A stretch of DNA of 64,000 nucleotides from Octopus bimaculoides (taxonomy: Eukaryota). The notes under the pieces are model-generated. The model did no database searches. It was not told the DNA's origin and saw only the letters and a program-made list of their open reading frames with translations. Within the stretch, counting starts at the first letter, position 1. Every line of letters begins with the position of its first letter. The position numbers and the translations under genes are program-made. Shown in pieces: positions 23,311 through 36,425 of the stretch. Location: NCBI RefSeq assembly GCF_001194135.2, contig NC_068986.1, positions 112,449,512 to 112,513,511 on the forward strand, in the 5' to 3' direction.

Positions 23311-23925
23311 ACGCTAAAAGATATCGAGACCAATTGCAGCCTATGATTTAACGATCTCCGTTCTTTGACCACAAACCCAAGCTCAGGTATACTTTGGTGC
23401 AGGCAGATTTGTATATAACGTATAGCTTCAACAATAACCAGTACCAAGCTGAACATGTATCTGTTATATTGGATCTGCAAATACTCATTAACGAACCCTT
23501 TGCATCTTCCATCTGTTACACTTTTCCTAACGCATTGACATATAATGGGCAGCTGATTTCTACGGGAGAACATGTTTTCAATGCATGGTCCAAAAACAAG
23601 AATATGAGGCTGGTTCTGTATCAATCTGGGACCATTTTTTTTCTCTTCATTTGTATTTAACCGTAATCTTTTTGAGCCATCCCTCTCAACATATCGCTAG
23701 CAACACCACTGGGACTCAGTCCCAGGATGCTTTTTTTCTATTCTGTCTTCTCATTTGAAAATATCGTTGAGAACACATCTGATTCTTTCATTGTTTACAC
23801 TCTGAGACCAATTTTCTCGCTTTGTGTCGCGCTACTTACTTCTGGGAACCTGGCCGAAAGACTGACGCCTCTTTCTAGATTTCCTTATGGGCTGAGGTAT
23901 TTTCTTTTCCTTGTCGTTCGACTGT

Positions 23926-23971
<46 letters not shown>

Positions 23972-24044
23972 TTGTGTGTGCGTACGTGCGTGTGTGTGTG
24001 TGCATGTGCGTGTGAGTATGTGCGCATTTGTGTCTGTGTGTGTG

Positions 24045-24086
<42 letters not shown>

Positions 24087-24098
24087 TGCGTCTCTGCA

Positions 24099-24376
24099 TG
24101 TATCAAATAATATGAGATAACAAAGCCAAGGCAATGTGAACTTTCTAGGATATTTATAAAGAGAAAGGTAGTCTTATAGCTGTTTCAGGGATATAAAAGA
24201 TATCTCATCATCAGAGACGATAATGAGAGAATGCTAAATACGTTACCTCTCTCATATCGTCTCTGACGATGGGATATGTTTTATAACCCTGAAACAGTTG
24301 TAAGTCTACCTTTTTCTTTATAAATGTCTTAGAAATTTCACACTGCCTTGGATTTGTTGTCTCATTTTATTTAACA
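24099..24376. mobile_element. Foldback MITE-like element (~130-bp inverted arms, ~17-nt spacer)
   Basis: gagataacaaagccaaggcaatgtgaactttctagg...cagagacgataatgagaga pairs with tctctcatatcgtctctgacg...ccttggatttgttgtctc. Confidence 0.8.
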
Positions 24377-25414
24377 TAGACACTCTTACACATGACCCGC
24401 ATTAAACTCCTCACTCATACTATTATCGAATCGCTAGTCTAACAGCAGTCGTTCTGTAGCGCTTACATATCATTAACTGCCCCTTAGATCTTCTGGATAT
24501 CAACATATATACATACATGTGCATACCTGCCAACGTACATACACACACACATATATATGTATTTAGGTCGATCTATGTCTCTCTCTCACTCTCTCACTCG
24601 CTCTCACTCTCTCTCTCTATGTGTATGTGTGTTCGTGTGTGTGTGTGTGTGTACCTGTGTATGCTTTGTCTATTTGTTTCTCACTCACCATCGATTCACA
24701 ATCGGTGTAGCTTTGCTTACGTTCCCGTAATCTAGCTGTAATCTTAACGAAAGTAATTATTATACACAAGTTGGATGACTAAAATCATGTAAAGTTATAT
24801 AACTCGGCATGGCTTCAGCCGCAGTGAGTGAAGAATAAAACAGAAAGAAGATGAAGACGATTAGTGAAAACAATGCATTGCATTAACATAAGTATGCATA
24901 AGAGAGGCCTAATGAAAATTATAACACTACACCACCTACAACCGGATAAACTTCATGAATATATTCCAAAGTAATAATCCAGAAAGCCATTAAGTAACAC
25001 ATGCCCCAAACGAACTTGCATTTTTCGTCATTCTTCCGGTAATATTACAGCTGTAGCCGAGCTCGTATGATTTCAGTGTGACGATCAGGTTACGGTTAAA
25101 GCGAAGTAGTAATAAGACCTGAATCTTATTGTTTCTTTTTTTTTTCTTTTTCTCTCTCTGCGACTGAAGTAGCAAGTCAGACAAATAGATTTTTCGATTG
25201 TTGCTCAAAATATAACCGAGATTCAATAGATAGCTGTACAAAAGACAGAATGCATTTGAAACATGAAGAAAAAAGAAAAAAGAAAAAGGAATAAAAAGTA
25301 ATACACCGTCTAATGCACAATATTTCGAACAGTGAAACATTATAAATGTCACAATGATATTATGCAGTGGATTACTAGTGTATGAGGATATGCCTGTATG
25401 TGTGTGATGTGAGT

Positions 25415-25493
<79 letters not shown>

Positions 25494-26390
25494 NNNNNNN
25501 NNNNNNNNNNNNNNNNNNNNNNNNNNNNNNNNNNNNNNNNNNNNNNNNNNNNNNNNNNNNNNNNNNNNNNNNNNNNNNNNNNNNNNNNNNNNNNNNNNNN
25601 NNNNNNNNNNNNNNNNNNNNNNNNNNNNNNNNNNNNNNNNNNNNNNNNNNNNNNNNNNNNNNNNNNNNNNNNNNNNNNNNNNNNNNNNNNNNNNNNNNNN
25701 NNNNNNNNNNNNNNNNNNNNNNNNNNNNNNNATATATATATATATACACCCACACATATACACTCACACACACATGTAAAACTATCAGGGGAAGTGCATT
25801 ATGAATGGCACCTAAAATTTCCATTACATAGACGACAAACCATTACACCGAAGAATGGATAGGTTTCTGAAGGGGACACATACCTTAACAGACATCCAAG
25901 CAGTCACACATGCGTACGCATACACATACTAGCGTGTAGTTGGACGAACATTTAAACACACATAAATACATTAAATCTACGGGTACGTGTTCTAATAATA
26001 TACGTACACGCTCATCTATACTTTGATGAATTTTTGTGAATATAACCAGTGAGATAGACACATAGATACACAGAGAAATACGTGGCAATACACACAAACA
26101 CACACACACACACAAGCAAACACACACAAACACACAAATGTATCTTGATAGGGGAATAAATAGATAGATAAATATACATATAAATGATTTATGGATGCAT
26201 GCGTATATAATACGTTATTATTCACCCACCATTCGTGATTATATCTATTGCGGCATTTCCCTAATTCTACATGCGTGTATATATGTCTGTGTATACGTGT
26301 TCATGCGCAAACATATGTGCATCTATACAAACACTTCCAAACACTTCACCCACGCATATATCTACCTATGTACCTATCTATCTGTCTGTC

Positions 26391-26440
<50 letters not shown>

Positions 26441-26592
26441 CCTACCTACCTATCTATCTATCGTTCTGTCTGCCTGTCTGTCCATATATCTATATGTATG
26501 AATAAATGCTATACACACACATATATATAAATGATGCATTACGTACACACATGTTTGCATGTATGCGCCTATATTTCTCAATATAGAAGCAT

Positions 26593-26681
<89 letters not shown>

Positions 26682-27220
26682 CGCTTGAGTGTGTGAGAGT
26701 TATTGCACAGCCAATGACGAAGTGGAATGTCTCTAGAATGTCTGCAACTTATAATAAAACATATTGCCGCCACTTTTTATATAACAACATAAAACATAAA
26801 ATAGCAATAACAATAAATATAAATAAACACTAAAAAAACAAAACAGAACAAAAATAATAATATTACATAACAAATTACATAAAAGTAAAATATAGACTGC
26901 AATAAAGAGAATTAAGAAAGAACACCAGAAGAGAAACAACAATATGAATTCTATATCGATGATGAAAATCTAGTTTTGGCATTTAATAACCACTTAGCAA
27001 TGGATAGAATATTTGCCATTCTCTTTTGAAAGAATTTTTTTTTAATGTTTTCTGAAGAGGCATTTTTGTTTTTATATTCCTGATAATTCTTTTTTTATTT
27101 CGTTTAGCTCAGTCGTTTTAATACAGCGCATGTTCTACGTATTATAATATTGATAAAACTACTACTAATAATAATAAAAATCATGAAAATAAAAATTAAT
27201 AGGGTTAGCAGATGCAGCAG

Positions 27221-27289
<69 letters not shown>

Positions 27290-27976
27290 CATTATGTTAC
27301 TATAGCTGCCGATGACGCCATTCTCGGTTCACGATAGTAAGAATAATGATAATGAGTACTCTGGGAAAAACCGTTAGAGATCACCGTAATTAGATTAAAT
27401 CTATCACTAAGTCAGAAGCCTGTCTTTAGCTTTGGTGGGCCAACACCCAGAAATGGTGTTACAATAAAAAACTTTAGTGGTTGTAACACCTCAACACCGC
27501 GGTCTTTTTTATGCCAAATGAAAATGTTATTTGGCATGAAAATCGAACCTACCAAAATGGGATTCCGAATATAGTATATATACACCATGGACAGAGAAAA
27601 GATGTGTACTCTTTCATGAAGCAAAACTCCTAAACCGGAAAAACTCTACTCGTGCAAAGCCAGAGTCTATTGCAACTGGAACTGAAATCTCCATAAGACT
27701 GTAGAAAGTCTGGAGCAAAAACATAACGTTGAAGAGGAGCCAATAAATCCTAATACTGGAAATATCAGCGAGGATTAAAGGAAATTTTATTTCATGAAAG
27801 GAAAGTTACAGGGAAGTAAAGAAGTAAATAATCTTACTCCAACATCTAAACGAGAAAGGAGCTAGTGAGAAATAGAGTGTAGCAGCCTAAAAGAAATCTA
27901 AAGAGGGTTTTGGTTTTACAAGTAGTCTATCTTGTGAATGTTTCTTATATTTTACACGTAAGTGTTTTCGTATCAT

Positions 27977-28115
27977 TTTAACTTCTTCAAAAAGCTAGTC
28001 GTTTTACAAATTCATAATTTTCTCTAGTTAATTTCCAGAGCAGTACGCCTGCTCTGGAAAGTAAGTAGAGAAAATTATGAATTTGTGATAACAGTAGCTT
28101 TTTGAAGAAGTTAAA
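27977..28115. mobile_element. TTAA-flanked palindromic MITE (67-bp arms, 5-nt loop; piggyBac-like)
   Basis: Arms match at 60/67 by manual alignment, loop TACGC, TTAA at 27978-27981 and 28111-28114, termini CT...AG. Confidence 0.7.
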
Positions 28116-28939
28116 TTGTTGCCGATTATGAAGAATCGCTCGTCTTCACTGTTTCTTCTGTTGTCACTGTATTGATTCATTTCTTTGCGGCTTTTTTCCC
28201 TTCTTCCCTTTTGTCTCGAACCAGTTTTTTTTTTCTTCTGTTTCCGTCTTGAATGATTTTCTCTTCATGGCACGGTGAGAATGTTCTACAAGTTGGTTAT
28301 GCTGTCATCGTTTTTTCTACTTTAGCAACCCGGAAGAGATGAAAAGCAAAGCTGACCACGAGAGGTTTCACTACAGAATGCATATTCTTGAATTAAATAT
28401 CGTAATGATTCTGCTAATTCGATTATAATTAGTGTAAAGATGATGAAGCTAATTAAAATAATGATTGCTCTTAATTTGGGCCGAAGGCCAATAATACTAG
28501 GAGGGAAGGGTTTAGCTGATTGCATCGATTCTAGTACAAGTCTCGTCCATAATATTGTGCACCACGAACAGATAAAAGGTATATTTATCCTGCTGCGTTT
28601 CCAATAGAGCTCAACTTAGGGGTTATAATGTAACTTGGAATATACCCCTACTACAGAAAACGCTTTCATTATAACAAACAATTTGTTGAGAAAGTTCTGC
28701 GCTCGGATAAGCACAGTAAGCATCGCGTTGATCATGAAACGAAAGAACGTCCGTTTCCTAACGCAGGCATGTTTCAACTCAATCGGATGATGCATCGATG
28801 GTCTTTTATTTTATCTTATCTAAAAAGACGAAATATAATTTTTTATCGTGTAATATTTGATATTAAAATCGAAAGCAAGTTATCACAAAGCACGACAATA
28901 ATCTTTTTATTTTATTCTGTATCATAGAATGCTGCATTC

Positions 28940-29150
28940 ATGATGGTAGGATTTTAGTTTCGATTCCTGGACCAGGCATTGCAATACGTTTTTGAGTACC
29001 AAACTTTATTTCAAGTTGCTCCAGTTCTCTCATTCAGCAAATATATGTAATCTTTTGACAGACCGACGTCTCAGACGGAAAATGTATCAGCCGAAGAATT
29101 CAGGAAACCGGCCTTGTTTTCTTGTGTCTCGTGAGGGATCTTGTTTTTAA
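28940..29150 (+). mobile_element. SINE family B, degenerate
   Basis: gtttcgattcctggacc...ttgagtaccaaactttatttcaagttgctccag. Confidence 0.6.
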
Positions 29151-29218
29151 TAATTGCATGCAATTCTTTTCTTGGTGTAGTTTAAGTCAACTATCGTTTA
29201 ACTGGAAAATGAATCATG

Positions 29219-29286
29219 ATATTAACCCTAGAGCGAGTGAAAAGAAAATAAGCTTATTTTCTTTTCACTCGCTCTAGGGTTAATAT
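29219..29286. mobile_element. Perfect 68-bp palindrome: 54-bp piggyBac-like mini-element with TTAA target duplication
   Basis: atATTAA CCCTAGAGCGAGTGAAAAGAAAATAAG|CTTATTTTCTTTTCACTCGCTCTAGGG TTAATat. Zero loop, zero mismatches. CCCTAGA equals the canonical piggyBac terminus start. Confidence 0.8.
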
Positions 29287-29379
29287 TTACAAAAATTAAC
29301 TATAATCTTTTTATATTTCAATTTGCAGTTTAGAAGATTGTTTCAATGTGACAGTAAAACTAAGTTCTATTCGAGTCCT

Positions 29380-29610
29380 AGGATTCCTAGGCCCGGTTAC
29401 CCGGTTTCCATGGGCGTAGAAACGACCGGGATCACAACATACCCCACTAAACATGACTCTAATGCGCCACAAGGTTCCTCATTTGCAGCCGATTGGAACA
29501 AAGCAACGTCAAATGAAATCTTTTGCTTAAGAACACAACATGCTGTCCGTTTCTGGAATCGAAAGAGCAATCATACGATTATGAGTGCAACACCGCTTCA
29601 GTACGATATC
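29380..29610 (-). mobile_element. SINE family B, degenerate
   Basis: ctcatttgcagc..ttggaac..gcaacgtcaaatgaaatcttttgcttaagaacacaac...ggaatcgaaa...acgattatgagtgcaacacc is the reverse complement of the family B head and core. Confidence 0.7.
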
Positions 29611-30245
29611 TATTTTAGTTCAAGCTTACGTTTTTATTTTATTACATTTATATCCAGATTATTTCGTCCCTGGTTATACTTGCATTTTCTGGTTGCCTCT
29701 TGTTTAGTATTAGAGGCCAACATTACATTAAGTATATTGTATTTGCCGACCTTGTATGTGTCACAGTACGTTTTTTTATCGGTTTATATAATCCCCCTCG
29801 CTTCATTTTCTTCTAATGTTTATGAACATGTTTAAAGCAATATACATTATTCTCTCTTTTTGAAATCGAGTGTTGACCTAGCTTGGTCGCTGTTAGTTTG
29901 TTTTTGCAGAAATGCTGGCCAGTTGGCAATTAGTCTGAACATTAACAATACAGAACTAATATTTGGCAAAAGAGAATAACATTTCAGTAATAAGTTAATG
30001 CATTACATACGTGGATATGATTCCAAATTTTCACCAGCTATATTTGGTTTAGTTTTATTCGATGACATATCATCGATGTAAATGGTTATTTTCGTAGCAA
30101 TAGAGAAGCGCTGTGTTATTAAACTTCGTTATATTATAATTGCTATTTTCATTTTTATATATCAACAATTTTTTTCTCCACTTAAATTGAGACATTTTTC
30201 TATATTGAATGAAAGGATAGTGCCTAGTGGCAGTAATAAACAATG

Positions 30246-30341
<96 letters not shown>

Positions 30342-31899
30342 CATCATCATCATCGTCGTCGTCACCTAAAATTATACGGAGTCAGTGTATGCGCGAATCC
30401 ATTTATTTTAGAAACGCATACACACATAAGCGTACCAACACGCAATTCTGATACGAACATTTGCATAGAGCCAGACAAACACACACATAGACATAATGTC
30501 ATATCAATTTGATGGTAGGACACTTATGAAGTGCCAAAATTGGTTCATATTGTAGAAAAACTGGAGTCCATCCAATGAGGTAGGTTGTGGAATTAATGGA
30601 AGATCGCATCATTTCGGATGGGTGATTCCTTTGGCAGAAATACTTTCCTTCTTCAGTGATTCGTCTTAAGAGACATGTTGTTATTCAATCATTATTACTC
30701 AAGTTACACCTTGCGGCTTAAGAATACGAAATTAACGCTAATATAAAACGAAATTCATAAGACACTTCACAGAGGAGAGTGTCACAAAATCACACACACG
30801 CATACACACTCACCCTCCCCCCCCACACACACATACACACACACATTCTGTGCTATCTGTTCTTGAAAAACACAGAGATGATAACAGTAAAAATTCTTGA
30901 ATATCTTTGACTTTTTCCGAAACGGTTTCCATTGTGGATTTGTGATCTGTTTTCTTGATCAAATTAAAACAATATCTTTGCTATTTAGGTGAGTGTCATC
31001 GTTTATCTATGAGACTCCCTAAAGTTCGGAGCTTCATGAGGCTACGGTTCACAACAATATCAATAATTTTGGGTTACGAACACGATTTAAATTTAATAAA
31101 ATAAAAGGATTCTTCTGCTTCTTTTATAAAGAGAATCAAGTTATATTTGGAGGAACTTTTCTATGAGTCAAATTGCTCGATGGCAAACAAACTCTGTTAA
31201 CAGACGTCTTTTGCTAAATGCAAGAAGACGCCTGGTGATTGTAAATAAGTTTTCAAAAACGTTATAAGCGTGACTTTATTCCCTTAAAGTGTAAAAACTG
31301 TACAAATAACATTATAGAAATATGTTCTTAAAGCAAAATTGCTTATAGCAATGATGAGACTGACTCTCACAAGAGATATGTCTCTTGTTATTATTACTGT
31401 GTTACCACACAGTTAGATTGATCGTCTGCCCCGGTGTCTGAACTAAGAACGGCAATGATGAATTAATAGAAACTAGAAGAGCGAAGAGTAGAAAGAAACG
31501 TACCATATTCGTAGTATAATTTTACAAGAATAGATTTGTCGGTTCTTAAATTCTCCACTATTATACAGATCACATTTGAATGGCATTAATGAGAGGCGCA
31601 CAAAGTTGCAGAATTGATGTTAACACTGGTTAATGAAATCCGGGATGGATAATTACTACAAAGTAAAGAGTCTTTCAAATTACTTCTGAATCATTGTTTA
31701 TATTTTGTAGCATCTGTTGGAAAGCAGTAGGTTGGATATACAAAGGAAATGAACGAATGCAAAACTGTAAATTAATTGCCGTCTTGAATTTAGAAAACTG
31801 AAAAATAATATTTATGTTCTGAAGAAGATTATCACTTGGAAAGAGAAGAAAATTTTAGAAAAAAAAAAGAAAAGCAAGGATTGATGGCAAGAGAAAGTT

Positions 31900-32760
31900 A
31901 CTTTCCTCGATAAAATATGTAAAAACAAATAGAATCTTTGTTTGCTGCTGAGAGAAATAGAGAACTTTTGAATATAAATTTACTGTCTTTATAGAAACGA
32001 TAAAATCTATGAGTGACAAACTCCGGTATGAATAGAGAAATTCAGTGGAAATCAATGACCAGTTTACAGAGATACAATAGGACAATCAATCAATGCCGTA
32101 GAGTTTCCTTCACAGAGAAGTTCGAATTTATTGTGAAGAAAACATTTAGCGGTGACATGAAGGTTACTTCGGATGCAATGTACACAGAAGAAATACGCTT
32201 TTAATGGAGAGAACCCTGAGAATCGCAGAAAAGAGAAAAAATAATTCAGTATAAGAAAGCATGCAAAAGAGATTGATTGTTGGATATTAACACATAGACT
32301 GACTTTGATTTTTATCACAATGGGACGGCGTCTTTTAGAGCTGAATGGAAATATATGTTAGGTTATCTTTCGTTGGAAGAAAGAAATCTGATAGCAAACA
32401 TATGAATGGCATTGCAAGAAAAAAAAAACTATGGACCTCATATATAAAATGTATACATATAACCTACAAGCTATACCTGCAGGATTACTGTGCTTGTACA
32501 AATATATTGGAAGGTACGAAAGGCTCTGCTGGATCTGCTGAGAAGTGGTTAATAAAGAAAACAGTTAAGTTGGAGGCTTAGTTGTTTTGGATGAATTTGG
32601 TTGAACTTTGACTGGATTAAAGGAAATCGTAAGATTCAACTTTTTTTTCATTACTGCTTGCGGCTTTCGATTTGGTAATATTTGCAGGGATTCACAATAT
32701 TGACGGTGAATGAAAGAAATTATGGTGTCATTACTCACACGATACAATATCCTAGACCGA
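31900..32760 (+). mobile_element. Old RTE-like LINE relic
   Basis: Weak echoes (MERTLRIAEKRK; KAIPAG resembling KAPG). Many stops. Confidence 0.25.
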
Positions 32761-33269
32761 TGTTCCAAAAAGAAATCGTTCTGTGAATAACATAAACCTA
32801 TACAATTATATCAAATAACATGCAGCATGTAGTCTTAATTTATGAAAATCATTTATTGAGAAGCAGCCATAATTACCAAATGCCAATTAAGATTCTTTTC
32901 TGATGTAGTTTAAATAGTCAGTAAACCTTTTATTATGAATCGAAAAGAAATCTAAAAAGTGTGTGATTGGTCCAAATGAGGGCTGGAAAAAATTACGACT
33001 GAACATAATCTCTTTTTGGCCGAACTGAATTAAGTTGATAAGAATACTAATAGCACGAAGATTATTCTTGTTACTGCAATCTTAAATGATATAGGGATGG
33101 ATTTGTGGTCGGAAAATGTTCTGATTTTAAAACGACGTAAACCAAAGCCAGTGTAATAAAATGATTATAAATGATGGACAGACTGCCTCCGATGTGTAAT
33201 GAGAAATTTTAAAGGTTTTCAGTGTTGGAAGAAAACCTCCAGAGGCTGAATTACTAACAAGGTAGATGT

Positions 33270-33850
33270 AAGAGATTGTATAACACCGGAATAAAAATTA
33301 TATTCAAAGTTACTCATTACGTACACTCAGCATATCACTATTTGGGATGTTCAGTTGGGCACGTGAAAGAATCAACACCAGAAAATTCCATACAGGAGGT
33401 AATCACTACGCCATGATTGAACGCAACCAATATGGCAGGGACTAACTTCAGCTGAAAGACATTTTGAACATCTCATCATTTATCTATTTCAGCAGATGCA
33501 TCGTTGGATCTATTCTGCGTAATTGGATGAAAAGTCCTCAGAGAAAAAAGTAAAGGAATTTGCCCGAAGCTATGTTTCCTAACTACATTTTCAGGAAATT
33601 TTAGCTGCTTTACCACAAAATATCGTTAAATGAATGACGTTCTATTTACCACCAGAAACCGCGCATGTCCCATGCCGTTCCACTATCTTAGATAATCATA
33701 GCAATATATGATGCTCTATTACAAAACGTTTCTCTTCTAACTAGACGTCCTGATGTAGATCCTATTCTTACTATGCAGTAGCCTCTAGAACAAGATATTT
33801 TCATTAAATTATAAAACATCAAGGATTTTCCTAGAAAGATCATTGCATCG
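33270..33850 (+). mobile_element. Decayed pogo/Tigger (DDE_1) transposase relic
   Basis: NATNMAGTN (N..GT.KL-like), ILDNHSN (LDNxxxH) and Q*PLEQDIF (QPLDQGI) occur in the expected order. Confidence 0.45.
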
Positions 33851-35026
33851 TAGGCGACATCCTGAAAACCATTGACTTAATAATCAAGAAAGAAACCGTG
33901 AAGCTTTCCAAATATTCGCCATTTCAGTTTTGTAGAAGGAACGAGAATGAGACACATCATGTTTGCGCATATATTATACACACACGCACACCCATAAATT
34001 GTAATCACATAAACTTGTATACTTAAAAAATAATTGCACCTATTAAATTAGAGCAGGTATGTCCACGCATGCGCCTGTATACATGCACATATTGTTTAGC
34101 AATCACACATTTGCATAACTGCGGTGATATTCTGTTTGACGCAAACGTAGAAGTCATGTCATTTTCTAAGTTACTAGCTTAAATCTGCGCAGGAATTTAA
34201 TAAAATCTCAAGAAAAAGAAAAAAAAAAGGACATACATACACGCCTCAATGAATACATGTATAGACACATATGTATATAAATAAATGAATTGATAAATAA
34301 ATATAAAAGAAGAAAAACAGTTATGCTATCCAATACGTCGAAGCAAAGAATAATACATGGGCGCGTATATGGAAATTATCAAGTTACAAATATATAGCAT
34401 GAGTATGTGAGTGTGTGAGTATGATATATCTATGTGTGTATAATATATACACATATATATATGTATGTATTATGTATGTATGAGCGACTGTGCGTGTTGA
34501 TATATGCTTCCAATAAAATATAAATATGTATATACGTCACTCTATATATATAACTATATATAACTTTATATATATATATATATATATATACACTTATATT
34601 TATACATAGACATATATGTGTATGTATATGTACATGCATGTATAAATATGAGTGTGTGCGAGTGAGATACTTACCATGTATAAGCATGTGTATATATGTT
34701 ATGCAGTGTAAGATGGCGTGCAACTTCTGTTCTAATAAAACATTTTATTTCCACAGGAAAACATTAAGACATAAATCAATCTATAACGATAATAAAATAG
34801 GCAATATTATCGATCTGTAATATTGACAACAACAACAATAACACCAACAACAGCAACAGGTCTAACTGAAGAATAATATGATAAGAACAACTTAAAAAAA
34901 TATAGCGAAATATTAATGATCGATTTGGCTCAAATTATTCAGAAAACATCGTAGGAAAAAAATTCAAGTATAACATGATGACGACGATGATGATGATGAG
35001 GATGATGATGATACTTTTAATAAAAA

Positions 35027-35081
<55 letters not shown>

Positions 35082-35349
35082 CATTATTATTTCCTTCATT
35101 TCCCACAGGGATATCAAATGAGGGTAAGCATTACAAAGACAGTTTACAATTTGTGCGAGATTTTACATAAACCACGTGCAAAAGAAAAGGAGGCGAAGGA
35201 AAAATGATACGTAAATACACGAATGCGTAAAAGATGCATTCCTCTTAATACAGGATAAACTCCGACTAGGTCCACTCAAGGAAACCCCAAAAAACCCAGA
35301 TTATTCTGGCTACTAAGGACACAAGACCTCTTCCACCTCTCGGCCCCTA

Positions 35350-35585
35350 TTCCTCAGGTGCATGCGGAGCGTAGTTCCATTCAATCTAAAATTCCATTCA
35401 ATTTTCTCCGCAGTCAGTTACCATTTTTACAAGTTCACTGAAACCGGGCACTCTCTTCTCCCTGCCGCTACCCACTTACTTTCCTTTTCCTGTAGAATTT
35501 TAAAAAAATGTCAATGTGATTTCTTTCCTGAATCCTTTCAACTACGTCCACCAGACAACCTCTTTCGGCATAGCCTCAAGTTAAT
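35350..35585 (+). mobile_element. CR1/L2-like LINE 3' relic
   Basis: FFPESFQLRPPDNLFRHSLKLI resembles the xFPxxYNLxxFK C-terminal motif and runs into a (GAT)n tail. Confidence 0.3.
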
Positions 35586-35589
35586 CAAG

Positions 35590-35785
35590 ATGAACATGAT
35601 GATGATGATGATGATGATGATGATGCCAGTGGCGATGATGATAATGATGATAATAATAATGGAGGTGATGATGATGATGATGACAATGATGATGAAGGTG
35701 ACGATACTAGTGGAGATGATGAGGATGATAAAGATGATGGTAGGGGTGGCGGTGGCGGTGGCGGTGGTGGTGGTGGTGGTGTTGA
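35590..35785. repeat. (GAT)n/(GGT/GGC)n trinucleotide tract
   Basis: Direct reading. Confidence 0.9.
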
Positions 35786-35829
35786 TGGTAACAACACAGC
35801 ACTCTAATCATCGACAACACTTATAAATG

Positions 35830-35970
35830 CTTCCATTACGCCGCGAACGTTGTTGGAACCAACAGTGAAGTCTCTTGGTCTGTAGGTATACCATTTCCCT
35901 GTTCCCCTCTCCTGCTTCTTATCCAACATTTCAGAGCAATGTACAGGCTGATCCATCTTCACTGAAAGAA
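35830..35970 (-). mobile_element. Start of an APE-endonuclease ORF (RTE-like LINE 5' region)
   Basis: ...RPRDFTVGSNNVRGV resembles APE motif I (xxGTWNVRGL). Confidence 0.4.
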
Positions 35971-36149
35971 AGAAGACTTGACTAGTGGAAGTTGAATAGG
36001 TTAGTCTTGGTGCGATGTATTCCAATTAAATTGACCTGTCTCGATATGGATATCTTCACTGAAAGGAAGTAGAAATTAAGTGAAAATTCTTGGTGGGTAG
36101 AGCCAAATGAGACCATAACGGAACTGGAGAGCATGGACCAGGCTAGATC

Positions 36150-36425
36150 AAATTTTGGAGCATGTTTCGTTGCAGCGCAGTGTTGCATCCCACATCTGTT
36201 GGTATATTCTCGGGTCCTCCTGGGTACCCCGACGATCAGGGTTCCAGTCAGTCCCCATTACCGCAAAATACCTCCTCATATGCCGTAACCATGTGGCATG
36301 TGGTCGACCAACACTAACCGTTAACCCAGTCGGATCCCCAGTGAAAAGAACGCAGCAAGCAGGGTCTACCTCGAAAAATCGAGCAACATGGCCAAACAGT
36401 CTGAGCTGACGATCCCTAATCATTC
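36150..36425 (-). mobile_element. RTE-clade LINE 3' fragment
   Basis: IRDRQLRLFGHVARFFEVDPACCVLFTGDPTGLTVSVGRPHATWLRHM... contains the RLRxFGHVxR and GRPxxTW motifs. Confidence 0.8.

Noticed and set aside
23330-23900. Possible Penelope RT fragment (ILDLQIL) and a ggccgaaag hammerhead-like remnant
   Set aside because: Motif similarity too weak and no CUGANGA core.
29323-29835. 170-aa ORF, the longest non-gap ORF in the track
   Set aside because: Its first half is the antisense of a family B SINE and the second half is T-rich filler.
35585-35826. Poly-M/poly-S/poly-P ORFs (likewise poly-I/L/N/Y ORFs at TAA tracts and poly-S/A at 59920)
   Set aside because: Trinucleotide microsatellite translations without splice or codon context.
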